NCBI GenBank assembly: GCA_963845565.1
Contig: CAWJSJ010000002.1
Location: 128,001 to 192,000 of the forward strand
Origin: an uncultured Methylomirabilota bacterium
Lineage (GTDB): Bacteria; Methylomirabilota; Methylomirabilia; Methylomirabilales; 2-02-FULL-66-22
Length of the DNA stretch: 64,000 bases
Reading direction: 5' to 3'
In this document: positions 10,965-20,325 of the stretch, piece by piece
Position numbering within the stretch: position 1 is the first letter of the stretch
Layout: every line of letters starts with the position of its first letter
Translations under genes and position numbers: made by a program
Notes under the pieces: generated by a model
Told to the model about the DNA's origin: nothing
Databases searched by the model: none
Seen by the model: only the letters and a program-made list of their open reading frames with translations

Positions 10965-11479
10965 TGCACCGACTCCAGTCGTTCCAGGGCGCGGACCGAG
11001 GCGGGGTCCGCCAGATACTGTTCGGCGGCCTCGGCGGACACGTACGCCTTGAGCAGGCGACGGATGAGGCGGGACTGCTCTGCCACCTCTCCCGTCAGTT
11101 GCCGAACGCGCAACAGCGATTTGACCCGGAGGAGCAACTCGAGTTTGTTGATCGGCTTCGTGAGCACGTCGTCGCCGCCCACATCCACGGCGCGCATGTG
11201 GTCTTCCATCTCGTGGAGCGCGGTCAGGAAGACGATGGGGGTCTGCCGGGTGTCGGGGGCCGCGCGAAGCCGCTGGCACACCTCGAAGCCGGTGATGTCC
11301 GGCATCATGATGTCCAAGAGGATCAGGTCGGGATTCTCGCGCGCAGCGGCGGCCACGCCCTCGACGCCGCAGCCGGCGGTGACCACCTCGTACCCCGCGC
11401 CCGTGAGCAGGGCGCGAAGCAGTCGGAGGTTTGGTTCGGTATCGTCCACGACGAGGATCTTCGACCGGGATGTTGGCAT
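10961..11479 (-). CDS. Response regulator receiver with a short C-terminal helical extension
   Basis: ILVVDD, PDLILLDIMMP, LTKPIN, followed by about 50 aa with no output domain. Confidence 0.9.
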   Translation of the reverse strand: MPTSRSKILVVDDTEPNLRLLRALLTGAGYEVVTAGCGVEGVAAAARENPDLILLDIMMPDITGFEVCQRLRAAPDTRQTPIVFLTALHEMEDHMRAVDVGGDDVLTKPINKLELLLRVKSLLRVRQLTGEVAEQSRLIRRLLKAYVSAEAAEQYLADPASVRALERLESVH

Positions 11480-11584
11480 GGTCCTCTTCCTCCCTGCGCA
11501 TCGAATTGCCAAGGCAGCTTACATCGGGAGTGAGAGATGTCAAAGGGAAACCCAAATGACTCCAGCCACCGGCGCAGTGCTCCG

Positions 11585-13639
11585 ATGATCATGCGCGGCC
11601 CCGTAGCGTGCAGGACGTACGGGCGACCTTCCCGGTTAGCCCGCCTCGGTCTGGGCGGATGGGCGGCGTGTGTGTTCGCGACCGGCCTCGCCTGGGCCGG
11701 GGAGCCTTCCCGGATCACGGAAGTGCTCCTCAAGGTCAAGCCGGCGGTCGTCATGGTGACGACCGAGATCTCGGGTGAGGTCCGGTTGACCTGCCCCAAC
11801 GGATCGCCGCAGCGCGTCACCCCCGCACCCATCCGCGCGCACGGCACCGGCGTCCTGATCACCCCTGACGGCTACCTGATCACCAACGGCCACGTAGTCC
11901 AGCCGTATCACGAATCGAACGACCGAGAGCAACGCGAAGCAATCCTGCGTCAGGCCGTCGAGCAGTCGTGCCTCGCCACCAGTCTCCCCGAGAAGCAGAA
12001 GCGCCAAGCGGTGAGCGGCCTCCTGGTGCGGCTCACCCCTTCCACCACTGTGGAATTGAAGAAGAAGCTGACGGTGGTGTTGCCGAACCGAGAAACCTTT
12101 GCGGCCGACGTGAAGGCCTACAGCCCCCCGCTGGCGGACCGGCCAGGGAAGCAAGGCTCGACGGATGGCGGTCCAGCAACGGAATCTGGCAAAGACCTCG
12201 CCATCGTGAAAATCGACGCCAGAAACCTCCCCACGGCGCCCCTGGGAAACTCCGACCGCGTTCAGTTGGGACAGCCGGTCCACCTCCTGGGCTTCCCCGG
12301 AGTGGTCCTGTACCACGATCTCCTGGACAAGCGGAGCGCTGTGGAGGCGAGCGTGACCTCGGGAACAATCTCCAGCGTGAAACTGGACGCGCGCGGTGCG
12401 CCGGTGATCCAGACCGACGCGGCGGCCTCCTGGGGGAACAGCGGGGGGCCCGCCATCAACGAGCAGGGCGAGGTCATCGGCATCCTCACGTTCATCTCGC
12501 TGACGTCTGATGAGACCCAGTCAATCCAGGGATTCAACTTCCTGGTCCCTGTCAACATGGTGCGGGAATTTGCCCGCACCGCGGGCGCCGTACTGGGGGC
12601 GCCCAGCCCCTTCAATGCCGTCTGGCGCGAGGCCGTGGAGAGGTTCGGGCGCGAGGACTGGACGGGGGCCCAGACCAAGCTGGACGCGGCCGCGCGCCTG
12701 GTGCCCAACCTGCCCGATGTGCAGCGCCTTCAGGCGGAGACGGAGCTTCGACTCCTCCAGGCTTCGCGCTGGCCCTCTTCCTGGACACTCGGGGGGGTCG
12801 TCGTGGCCCTCCTGGCCGCTACCGGCGGCGCCTGGTGGGGATGGCGGCGCCGGCGCGCACCGTCCACCTCTACCAGGGTCGTGGCGTCGGCACCGACGCC
12901 GACCCCCGCGGACCCCGTCCGGGTCTCTGCGGCGGATCTCGCCCGGGCGCTCGGCGAGAGGGCGGACCTGGTCTTGGTGGACGTCCGCGAGCAATCGGAC
13001 TACGCGAGCAGCTCCGTCCAGGCGAAGGGCGCCGTTCGGGCGAGTGCGGCCGATGTCCTCCAGGCCTGTTCGACCCTGGCACGCCATCAGGGGATCGTCC
13101 TGTACTGCGGCTCCCCGGGGGAAGCAACCAGCCTCCAGGCCGCGCGGCGATTGATGGTGGAGGGGTACACCAGGGTCGTCGTCCTGACGGGCGGTTTCGC
13201 GGCCTGGGAGGGGGCGAGTTTGCCGCTGGAGCGAACGCCGCACGCGCGGACGATGATGGTCGGGGTGTCACCGTCGGCACTCCCCACTCCGGGGATCGCC
13301 CGAGACCATGGGATGAAAGCCGACGTGGATCTCCCCGTGGGCGTCAAGGGCGCAGGGCCCTATTTCAACGCGCGGGCGATGAATGTCAGCGTGGCCGGGC
13401 TCGTTCTCAGGAGCCCGGAGGAACTGACGGTGGGGCAGCGACTTCGTCTGAGCATCTTCCTGCCGGGAGAGCCAGTCGAGGTCGCCGGCCAGGTCGTTTC
13501 CCTGGATCCCCGCTCGCCCGACGGCACGGAAAAGACAGCCGAGATCGCCTTCGAGGCTCTTGGCCAGGACCAGGCGACAGCCCTGGAGGGTTTCATCCTG
13601 GCCCAGCGAACCACAGGCGCCCACCGTGTCGTGACCTGA
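11585..13639 (+). CDS. Trypsin-like serine protease-TM-rhodanese-PilZ fusion (start uncertain)
   Basis: Signal-like N-terminus; ITNGHVV, DLAIVKI and QTDAAASWGNSGGP triad motifs; TM followed by RRRRR; LVDVRE...LYCG...LTGGFAAW rhodanese; NVSVAGL PilZ-like barrel. Confidence 0.85.
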   Translation: MIMRGPVACRTYGRPSRLARLGLGGWAACVFATGLAWAGEPSRITEVLLKVKPAVVMVTTEISGEVRLTCPNGSPQRVTPAPIRAHGTGVLITPDGYLITNGHVVQPYHESNDREQREAILRQAVEQSCLATSLPEKQKRQAVSGLLVRLTPSTTVELKKKLTVVLPNRETFAADVKAYSPPLADRPGKQGSTDGGPATESGKDLAIVKIDARNLPTAPLGNSDRVQLGQPVHLLGFPGVVLYHDLLDKRSAVEASVTSGTISSVKLDARGAPVIQTDAAASWGNSGGPAINEQGEVIGILTFISLTSDETQSIQGFNFLVPVNMVREFARTAGAVLGAPSPFNAVWREAVERFGREDWTGAQTKLDAAARLVPNLPDVQRLQAETELRLLQASRWPSSWTLGGVVVALLAATGGAWWGWRRRRAPSTSTRVVASAPTPTPADPVRVSAADLARALGERADLVLVDVREQSDYASSSVQAKGAVRASAADVLQACSTLARHQGIVLYCGSPGEATSLQAARRLMVEGYTRVVVLTGGFAAWEGASLPLERTPHARTMMVGVSPSALPTPGIARDHGMKADVDLPVGVKGAGPYFNARAMNVSVAGLVLRSPEELTVGQRLRLSIFLPGEPVEVAGQVVSLDPRSPDGTEKTAEIAFEALGQDQATALEGFILAQRTTGAHRVVT

Positions 13640-13645
13640 TCGGCC

Positions 13646-13747
13646 TTAGGAGCCGTTACGAAATACCTTGTCCGTTTCTGGTAATTTCGTTACGGCTCCT
13701 TATGCCGTTCCAGAATTTCCCCGGTCAAGTTATTCTTTGACAACGGC
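13646..13747. repeat. 51-bp inverted-repeat element flanked by TTA, followed by a second imperfect hairpin (copy 1)
   Basis: TTA-GGAGCCGTTACGAAAT-N19-ATTTCGTTACGGCTCC-TTA-TGCCGTT; identical arms at 63932-63995. Confidence 0.85.
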
Positions 13748-14506
13748 TCATGGCCGCGCCTCCCCGGCGTTCGGCCCCTTCTTCCCGACCGCGCCCAGGT
13801 AGATCGCGAACCGACTCTCCCCGTCGAGACCGAGGACCCGGTTCACCTCGTCGTCCTCGAACGCGGCGATCGCGCACGCCCCACACTCGATCGCCTCCGC
13901 CGCGAGGTACAGGTTCTGGCAGACGTGACCCGCATCGAGATGCAGGTACCGGTAGCCCCGTTCCCCGTACCGGTAGGTCATCCGATGCACCTCCGCCACC
14001 CAGACGAACGTGAGGGCACCCCCCTTCACGAAACGCTGCCCGAGGCATGCCTCGACCAAGCGGTCCGCGATGTCCGGCTCGAGGTTTTCCTCCAGCAGGG
14101 CGTGGTCGAGGGCCAGGAACCGGTACAGCCCTGGCGACAGAGCCGTCACATTGTTGACCAAGAGCAGCGTCTCGAAGGCGTGCCGCGCCCCAGCGGACGG
14201 TACCGTCCGGAGCGTGCATCGGCCGGCAGCATCCTGAACTCCCTGTGTACACCAGAGCAGGTAAGAGAGTTCCTCCAGAGAGAGCGGCTGCCCGGAGTAT
14301 TCCCGCAGGGATCGCCGCTGCTCGATCGCCTGGCGCAGGCTGAAATCGCCCAGGCGGAGGGAGACGGGCGGGGGAAGCGGGATCGGCGCCTTGGTACGGT
14401 CCCACTCCGCCTCCACCGGGGGCTGGGCCATTCCCAGCCGGTGTGCCGACTTCCCCATGTTGTGGTACTTCGTTCCCTCCATGAACTCCTTGCCGATTCC
14501 ACTCAC
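13748..14506 (-). CDS. SagB/ThcOx family nitroreductase-like dehydrogenase
   Basis: RRSLREY, RTVPSAGARH, YRYGERGYRY, LDAGHVCQNLYL; AAGGAG before the GTG start. Confidence 0.9.
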   Translation of the reverse strand: MSGIGKEFMEGTKYHNMGKSAHRLGMAQPPVEAEWDRTKAPIPLPPPVSLRLGDFSLRQAIEQRRSLREYSGQPLSLEELSYLLWCTQGVQDAAGRCTLRTVPSAGARHAFETLLLVNNVTALSPGLYRFLALDHALLEENLEPDIADRLVEACLGQRFVKGGALTFVWVAEVHRMTYRYGERGYRYLHLDAGHVCQNLYLAAEAIECGACAIAAFEDDEVNRVLGLDGESRFAIYLGAVGKKGPNAGEARP

Positions 14507-14587
14507 GAGATGCCGCTCCTTTCGAATACTGGCGCTACAGAGCCGTGCCGCGCCAGCCGCGGCGCCCACGGCTCTACCCGGTGATGA

Positions 14588-15115
14588 CTAGGATTGATTG
14601 GGCCGGCGACGGGGCACGGACAGCGATTGCCAGCGTTCCCACTCCAGGTGCTTGGCCAGAAAGACAATCTGGCCGATGTGCGACGCATAGTGATCGAACT
14701 GGCGGATGATCGCCTCCATGGCGCTGAACTCCTCGCCCCGAATCCTGACCGTGGCGAGGAGGTCGGCGGGCGTGAGAGCGTCCAGCGCGCCGAAGAGGCA
14801 CGCCCAGCCATCGTCCCAGGCGGCCATCAGCTCGGCGCGGGTCATGGCCCCCGGCGATTCGAACTCGGCGTCGCGATTTCGGCTCGGCTTCTCGCCGTCC
14901 GAGGTGAGGAAGTCGGTCCAGCGCGACAGCATGTTCCCGCTCAGGTGCTTCACGATGATGGCGATACTGTTCGATTCCGCATCCAAGGTCAGGTGCAGGT
15001 GCCGATCGTCCCTGAGTTGGGCGATCGCCTTCTCGGCCCGCACCTTGATCCGATTCAGCTCTTGCGGGATGATGTCCAGGAAATGCGCACCGAGGCTGCT
15101 CGCGTTCTCCGTCAT
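14588..15115 (-). CDS. DUF1572/DinB superfamily protein
   Basis: SNSIAIIVKHLSGNMLSRWTDFLTSDGEKP, HYASHIGQI. Confidence 0.9.
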   Translation of the reverse strand: MTENASSLGAHFLDIIPQELNRIKVRAEKAIAQLRDDRHLHLTLDAESNSIAIIVKHLSGNMLSRWTDFLTSDGEKPSRNRDAEFESPGAMTRAELMAAWDDGWACLFGALDALTPADLLATVRIRGEEFSAMEAIIRQFDHYASHIGQIVFLAKHLEWERWQSLSVPRRRPNQS

Positions 15116-15182
15116 GGCCACCCCTCCCCTGTCGTGTGTCCGCCGATTCTCCACGCTCCTCCCGCCGAGGCTCCAAATCGTG

Positions 15183-16343
15183 TCAGGACAGCAACGCCTG
15201 CCGGAGCACCTCCGTGAGCTCCTCGTCTGCGAGTGCGACCGGGTTCCCTTTGGTGCTGCTGGCGCGCTGCGTCTCGGCCACGACCGCCGGGAGGTCCGCC
15301 GCGACCATGCAATAATGATTCAACGGGGGTATCCCGAGATCTGCCGAGAGGGCGTGCGCCCAGCGGATGCCGTCGGCTATGGTCGCCTCGGTTCGGCCAG
15401 TGAGGATGCGCGCCACCTCCTCGTACCGGCGGAGCCCCGGTGCCGCCGCCGACTGCCCGTGCAGCGCGGCGACGTTCGCCGCCATCACGAAGGGGAGCAG
15501 CCGCGCGCAGACCGCCCCATGCGGGGCGGGAAACCGTCCACCCACGACGGCGGCGCAGCCATGCACGACACCCAGCCTGGCGTTGGCCAGGGCCAAGCCG
15601 CCGAAGAGGCTTGCCAGCGCCATGTCTTCCCGGGCAGCCGCGTTCCTCCCGTCCTCGCACGCCCGGCGGAGCGAGCGCGCGGCCCGACCCATTCCCTCAC
15701 GGCAGAGGGCGTCCGTCAGCGGATTCGCGCCGGTGGACACGAACGGCTCGATGAGCTGCGTCAAGGCATCCAGACCGGTGGACGCCGTGATCGCCGGCGG
15801 CAGCGTGTGGGTGAGTTCCGGGTCTACCACCGCCAGGCAGGGGTACATGGTGTTACTCCGCAGACTCGCCTTGATGCGCTGGTCCGGTGCCACCAGGACG
15901 GCGTTCCGCGTCACCTCGGACCCGGTCCCCGCGGTGGTGGGAACCGCAATGAAGGGCACCGACGGCCGGGCCAGCGCCCGCCCCTTCCCGACCACCTCCA
16001 GATAGTCCAGCGGGTCGCCGTCATTGGCGAGGAGCGCCGCGATGGCCTTGCCCGTGTCCAGGACACTCCCGCCGCCGAATCCGACGACCAGGTCGCAACC
16101 GCCCTCGCGGGCGCGTGCGACCTCGGCGCGGACCAGGGGGACGGTCGGCTCGCCGCCCACGCTGCAGACGACCGTGGCGACCCCGTGGGCGATGAGTCGC
16201 TCGCGTAGCGGCTCGGCGCGCCCCACGTCGCGTCCGACGACCAGGAGCGCGCGCTTCCCCAACGCCTTGGCGGCAGGCGCAACCTCTGCCAGGGTACCGG
16301 GCCCGAACAGGATACGGGTGGCGGTGGCGAACTCGAAACGCAT
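15183..16343 (-). CDS. Iron-containing alcohol dehydrogenase
   Basis: GGGSVLDTGK, PTTAGTGSEVT, LDALTQ, HG...PHG. Confidence 0.93.
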   Translation of the reverse strand: MRFEFATATRILFGPGTLAEVAPAAKALGKRALLVVGRDVGRAEPLRERLIAHGVATVVCSVGGEPTVPLVRAEVARAREGGCDLVVGFGGGSVLDTGKAIAALLANDGDPLDYLEVVGKGRALARPSVPFIAVPTTAGTGSEVTRNAVLVAPDQRIKASLRSNTMYPCLAVVDPELTHTLPPAITASTGLDALTQLIEPFVSTGANPLTDALCREGMGRAARSLRRACEDGRNAAAREDMALASLFGGLALANARLGVVHGCAAVVGGRFPAPHGAVCARLLPFVMAANVAALHGQSAAAPGLRRYEEVARILTGRTEATIADGIRWAHALSADLGIPPLNHYCMVAADLPAVVAETQRASSTKGNPVALADEELTEVLRQALLS

Positions 16344-16411
16344 GGCCTGTCTCCCTCGGGGTGGATGCGTGGAGCGTGGCGCCGACGCCGCCGTGGCTTC
16401 GCGCTGCGTTC

Positions 16412-17449
16412 TCATTTCCCGCGCTCCGCGCCCGTCCTCGGCGGCGCGTCCGTGGGCCGGGCGGGCTCGCTCGCCGCGACGCCTAGCCGCTCGAGGAAGG
16501 CTTTGACGGCCTCCTGCACGGTGACGGCCATGCCCCGGGCCGCCTCGCCGACCCGGGTCTTGGAGGCGGCCCAGAACGCTCCCGCGACCCGCTTCGCGCC
16601 GTCCTGCGCGATTGCCCCCAGCATCTGCGCGGCTTGCGAGACGGCCAACCGCCGCACCGCGCGAGGTTCCGGCAGCACCAGGGCTCCGCAGTACCGTTTG
16701 GCGATGATGCCCACGCGCAGCGTCAGGAAGGCGTTGGCGGTCCCGTTCACGACGGAGTTCACGAAAAGCGCGCTGGCGGCATGGAGTCCCGGGACCGCTC
16801 CCGCCGCGGACCCCAGGACGCCGGACACCAGGGGTTGTACCTGCTCGGCGAGATCCAGGTCGTCCAGCTGACTCGCGATGAAGACGGTCGAGGCGACGTT
16901 TCCATACAGGGTGGCGAGATCCCGGACCGTGGGGCGCTGGTAATACACCCGGGCGATCTGCCAGACCATCTTGGACTGCGCCAGAAGCACCATCAGCCCA
17001 TCCAGGCTGCCGTTCTGCGAGACCGCGGTGGTGATGAAGACCTGCGAACCGACGCTGCGCACGATCTCGTCCGCCCGGCGGTCCAGGATCCTGAGCGCTT
17101 CCTCGATGTCCATGCGGGACGCCAGGGCCCGGTCCGCGAGGAGGGGGTTTCCGTGCAGGCGGCGGCTCAGCGCCTCGAGGTGTGCGGGAAACTCGGGCGA
17201 CGCCTCGCTCGCGGGCGGCGTGAGCGGTCTGGGCAGCCGCAGGAGCAGAGTCAGCGGCAAAAATGTGCACGCGGTGTAGATGAGCAACAACCCCCAGAGG
17301 ACCGCGGTTCCGAGCGCGGGGTGCAGGCGATCGGCGAGGCCGACGACCTGAACGGTCTGGTTGACCAGGAATACCAGGAAGGCCACACCCAAGAGGATGG
17401 ACACCAGCAGAACCAAGTTCCGGAGCGGCTTCTCCATCGTTCGCCTCAT
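16412..17449 (-). CDS. YcjF/DUF697 family membrane protein
   Basis: Two TM helices; TAVSQNGSLDG, GTANAFLTLRVG. Confidence 0.75.
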   Translation of the reverse strand: MRRTMEKPLRNLVLLVSILLGVAFLVFLVNQTVQVVGLADRLHPALGTAVLWGLLLIYTACTFLPLTLLLRLPRPLTPPASEASPEFPAHLEALSRRLHGNPLLADRALASRMDIEEALRILDRRADEIVRSVGSQVFITTAVSQNGSLDGLMVLLAQSKMVWQIARVYYQRPTVRDLATLYGNVASTVFIASQLDDLDLAEQVQPLVSGVLGSAAGAVPGLHAASALFVNSVVNGTANAFLTLRVGIIAKRYCGALVLPEPRAVRRLAVSQAAQMLGAIAQDGAKRVAGAFWAASKTRVGEAARGMAVTVQEAVKAFLERLGVAASEPARPTDAPPRTGAERGK

Positions 17450-17549
17450 GCCACCCGCGCGGCGCGACCGTTCGGGTGCGGTGGTTCGGCGCGGGCTCCC
17501 ACTGGGTCCCCTGGGCGCCTGGCGGCCGGCAGGAGCAGACGAACCTCCT

Positions 17550-17949
17550 TCAGCCGGCGATGTGGCTGTCGAGCGGCAACCGGTCGCCCACCCACGGCAC
17601 CGTGCGCTCGAAGGCCTCGGCGTACAGGATGGCCGACCGGCCGGAGAGCTGGCGCGCCTGGAACGCCCGCAGCTTGGCCACGTCGGTGTACCAGGCGGGC
17701 AGAGAACCCTGGGCGCGCGTGAAGCATTTCAGCGCCGGCCGCCCGTTCCGCCTCGTCCCGCCGGGCGGTCTTGACGGCATCGAGCGCCGGCCGCGCCCCG
17801 CCGGCGTAGAGTCCCCCGGACTCGGAGCGTTCCCCGTAGGTGAGCGTCACCACTTTCACCGCGGCGCTTGTTTTGGCATGCAGCGCGATGGTCCCTCCCG
17901 CGCGGGAGCAGAAATCGGCGGTGTGGGCGCTGACGACCAACAGTCGCAT
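17550..17949 (-). pseudogene. Internally deleted PIG-L deacetylase family gene (GalB-like)
   Basis: N-terminus LLVVSAHTADFCSRAGG...YGERSESG joins out of frame to the C-terminus ...RAFQA...YAEAFER; the middle is missing. Confidence 0.75.
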
Positions 17950-18163
17950 GACGGCCTCCTCCATCGAGACACAAGCCGACAGGTAGAGTTATCGCTCCGC
18001 ATTCCGCAAGCCGTCAAGGGAAAAGGGGTTAAGGCGGGCGGCGGCGGAAGGGCTCCGAAGGAGGGAGCTGCACCTGGACGAGAAGGCCTCTTGCAGTCCG
18101 GCACTTCTCGTACTAATGTCCCGGTCAGCACCTCGGATGAACCATCAGAACAGGAGACGATCC

Positions 18164-19147
18164 ATGACACCACGGACTGGAACGGGAGTGGTCGGCGTTC
18201 TGTATCTTCTCGCGGCGCTGTTGTTGCCCTCGGTGCTCCAGGCGGCAGATTTTCCCAACAAGCCCATCAACCTCATCGTCCCATATGCGGCCGGCGGCTC
18301 CACCGACGTGGTGGCACGGGCGCTGGCCAAGGTGTCCACCAAACACATGCCACAGCCCCTCGTCGTCGTGAATCAACCGGGCGGCGCGGGCATCACGGGC
18401 CGGGTCTCGGTCGTCAAGGCCGCCCCCGACGGCTATACGCTGCTCTTCGGGTACGGCTCCGGCGAAGATCTCGTGACGCCGCACGTGCGCAAGGTCCCGT
18501 ACGACCAGTTCAAGGACCTGGCCCAGATCGCCCAGGTGACGGTCGTCTCCATCATCCTGGTGGTGCCGGCTAACCACCCGGCCAAGAACCTGAAGGAATG
18601 GGTCGCGTGGGCCAAGGCGCAGAATCGCCCGATCAACGGCGCCGTCTCCACCCGCGGGGCCTCCGTGGACATCACCATGCAGGCCTTCATGAAGGTGGCG
18701 GGTCTGAACGGCACAACGATCCCCTTCCGCGGCGGCGCCGAGGCGGTGACGGCGCTCCTGGGCGGGAACACCGATTTCTCGGGGCAAGTCTATTCCGAGG
18801 CGATGCCCCACGTGAAGGCGGGTCGCCTGAAGGTCCTGGCGGTGGGCACGCGCGAGCGGGATCCCGTCATCCCGGAGATCCCGACCTTCATCGAGGAGGG
18901 GGTGAACGTCTGGACCTTCGGGGCCATCCGCGGTATCGGCGCCCCCAAGGACACCCCCGCAGCCGTGATTGACTACCTTGAGGCGACGATCAAGAAGATC
19001 ACGGACGATCCCGAATTCCACCAGATCATGAAGGACCTCGTCCATCCCGTCCTGTACCAGGAGCGGAAGGGCTTCCTGAAGAACATGCAGGACGGCTTCG
19101 AGATGTACGGCAAGCTGATCAAGGAGCTGAACCTGAAGATGGAGTAG
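18164..19147 (+). CDS. Tripartite tricarboxylate transporter substrate-binding protein (Bug/TctC)
   Basis: FPNKPINLIVPYAAGGSTD, NQPGGAG, APDGYTL, PFRGGAE, PTFIEEG. Confidence 0.93.
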   Translation: MTPRTGTGVVGVLYLLAALLLPSVLQAADFPNKPINLIVPYAAGGSTDVVARALAKVSTKHMPQPLVVVNQPGGAGITGRVSVVKAAPDGYTLLFGYGSGEDLVTPHVRKVPYDQFKDLAQIAQVTVVSIILVVPANHPAKNLKEWVAWAKAQNRPINGAVSTRGASVDITMQAFMKVAGLNGTTIPFRGGAEAVTALLGGNTDFSGQVYSEAMPHVKAGRLKVLAVGTRERDPVIPEIPTFIEEGVNVWTFGAIRGIGAPKDTPAAVIDYLEATIKKITDDPEFHQIMKDLVHPVLYQERKGFLKNMQDGFEMYGKLIKELNLKME

Positions 19148-19170
19148 GTCGCAGGTTGCCGTCAAAGGAA

Positions 19171-19213
19171 ACGGCCCTCTGGAATCGGTTCTCCGGAGGG
19201 CCGTGTGTTCTTT
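19171..19213. terminator. Hairpin between convergent genes
   Basis: ACGGCCCTCTGGA...TCCGGAGGGCCGT followed by GTGTTCTTT. Confidence 0.65.
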
Positions 19214-19248
19214 CCGACGTGCCGAAATACTCCGCCGGCCGCGTTCGA

Positions 19249-19911
19249 TTACGGCGCGCTGATCAACTTCTCGCTCCGCAGTTCCTTCCCAAGCAAGCGG
19301 CCCACTTTGTCCACCAGCTCGTCCCGTGAGTTCGGATTCATCGATTCGGTCGTTCCCGTCCAGATGGGCTTGGCCTCGGGCAGCTTGTAGAGAATCGTCT
19401 CGATGACGACCCGCGTACTCACACTGGTGTAGCCCGGATCGTATGCCACGGCGTAGGAATACCCGTAGTAGCCGCCAAAGTTGTCGAATGCCGGCCCCCC
19501 ACCGATATACGGGCCGCCGAAGGCCACATAGGTGGCCGGCGGCCGATATGTCTCGTCCTTGACGATGGCCGCCACCCGCGCGACCAGCGCTCCATCGAAG
19601 CCCTGCGCGACGAGCTTGTTCTTGACCGCCGTGTGGTCCATCTCGAGTTTCTCCAGGACCGTGTTGTAGCTTGGCACCACCTGCGTCGTGCCGCCTATGA
19701 GGGTTCGGGCGATTTCATCCTCGACCCTGCGACGGGTCAGATCGTCCTTGTGCACGACAATGATGGCGAGCTTCTTGAGCGGCCCACCCGTATACTGTGA
19801 GTCCCTCCACACCGACGTCATTTCCGTCGAGGCGCACGAGGCGAGCGCCGCGGCGCAACAGACGAGCAACCCGACGAGCAACAACCGATGACTGTTCCGG
19901 CGAGATCTCAT
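19249..19911 (-). CDS. Putative lipoprotein
   Basis: Signal peptide with LASC lipobox; Tyr/Gly-rich loop; IWTG motif. Confidence 0.75.
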   Translation of the reverse strand: MRSRRNSHRLLLVGLLVCCAAALASCASTEMTSVWRDSQYTGGPLKKLAIIVVHKDDLTRRRVEDEIARTLIGGTTQVVPSYNTVLEKLEMDHTAVKNKLVAQGFDGALVARVAAIVKDETYRPPATYVAFGGPYIGGGPAFDNFGGYYGYSYAVAYDPGYTSVSTRVVIETILYKLPEAKPIWTGTTESMNPNSRDELVDKVGRLLGKELRSEKLISAP

Positions 19912-20166
19912 CGCTGCCTCCCTTGAAGACCCTGTTTTGGAAAACTCCGCGGGCGCCCCGCGATGAATGACTCACCAGACACGCCCGACATGCCCGCATG
20001 CAACGAGAACCACACACCAGGGCGCGGCTGCGGGCACGGGTCGGACACTACCACCTTAGCTCTGGGGAGGCAATCCAACACATCTAACGGACACGCGCAT
20101 GCTCCGCCATCCGTCGTTCGGCACTCCCAGGAACCACCCTGACCCGAACGATCCCCCCCCGAAGAC

Positions 20167-20182
20167 TGTGAACTTAATCACG
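20167..20182. promoter_or_regulatory. CRP/FNR-family-like binding site
   Basis: TGTGA-ACTTAA-TCACG (one mismatch to TGTGA-N6-TCACA) upstream of a TAGCAT -10-like hexamer at 20206. Confidence 0.45.
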
Positions 20183-20325
20183 TAGGAGAAACCTGCCTGG
20201 CGGTGTAGCATCTCTTGGGGAGCATACTTCACCCTGCCTGCTGGGGCACTCGCCCCGAAGACGTCCGGGTACCTCTTCAGCGACCTCCACCTGACTTGTC
20301 GCCGCGGACACCCATAGGAGGGGCC

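Noticed and set aside
13748..14506. RiPP (azole) biosynthetic cluster suggested by the SagB-like gene
   Set aside because: No YcaO, precursor peptide or transporter nearby; stand-alone nitroreductase
15183..17270. Apparent long N-terminal fusions in the ORF track (also 32866, 35159-36796, 39679-41571, 56584-58632)
   Set aside because: The extensions are off-frame read-through of neighbouring genes; internal starts give normal-length proteins
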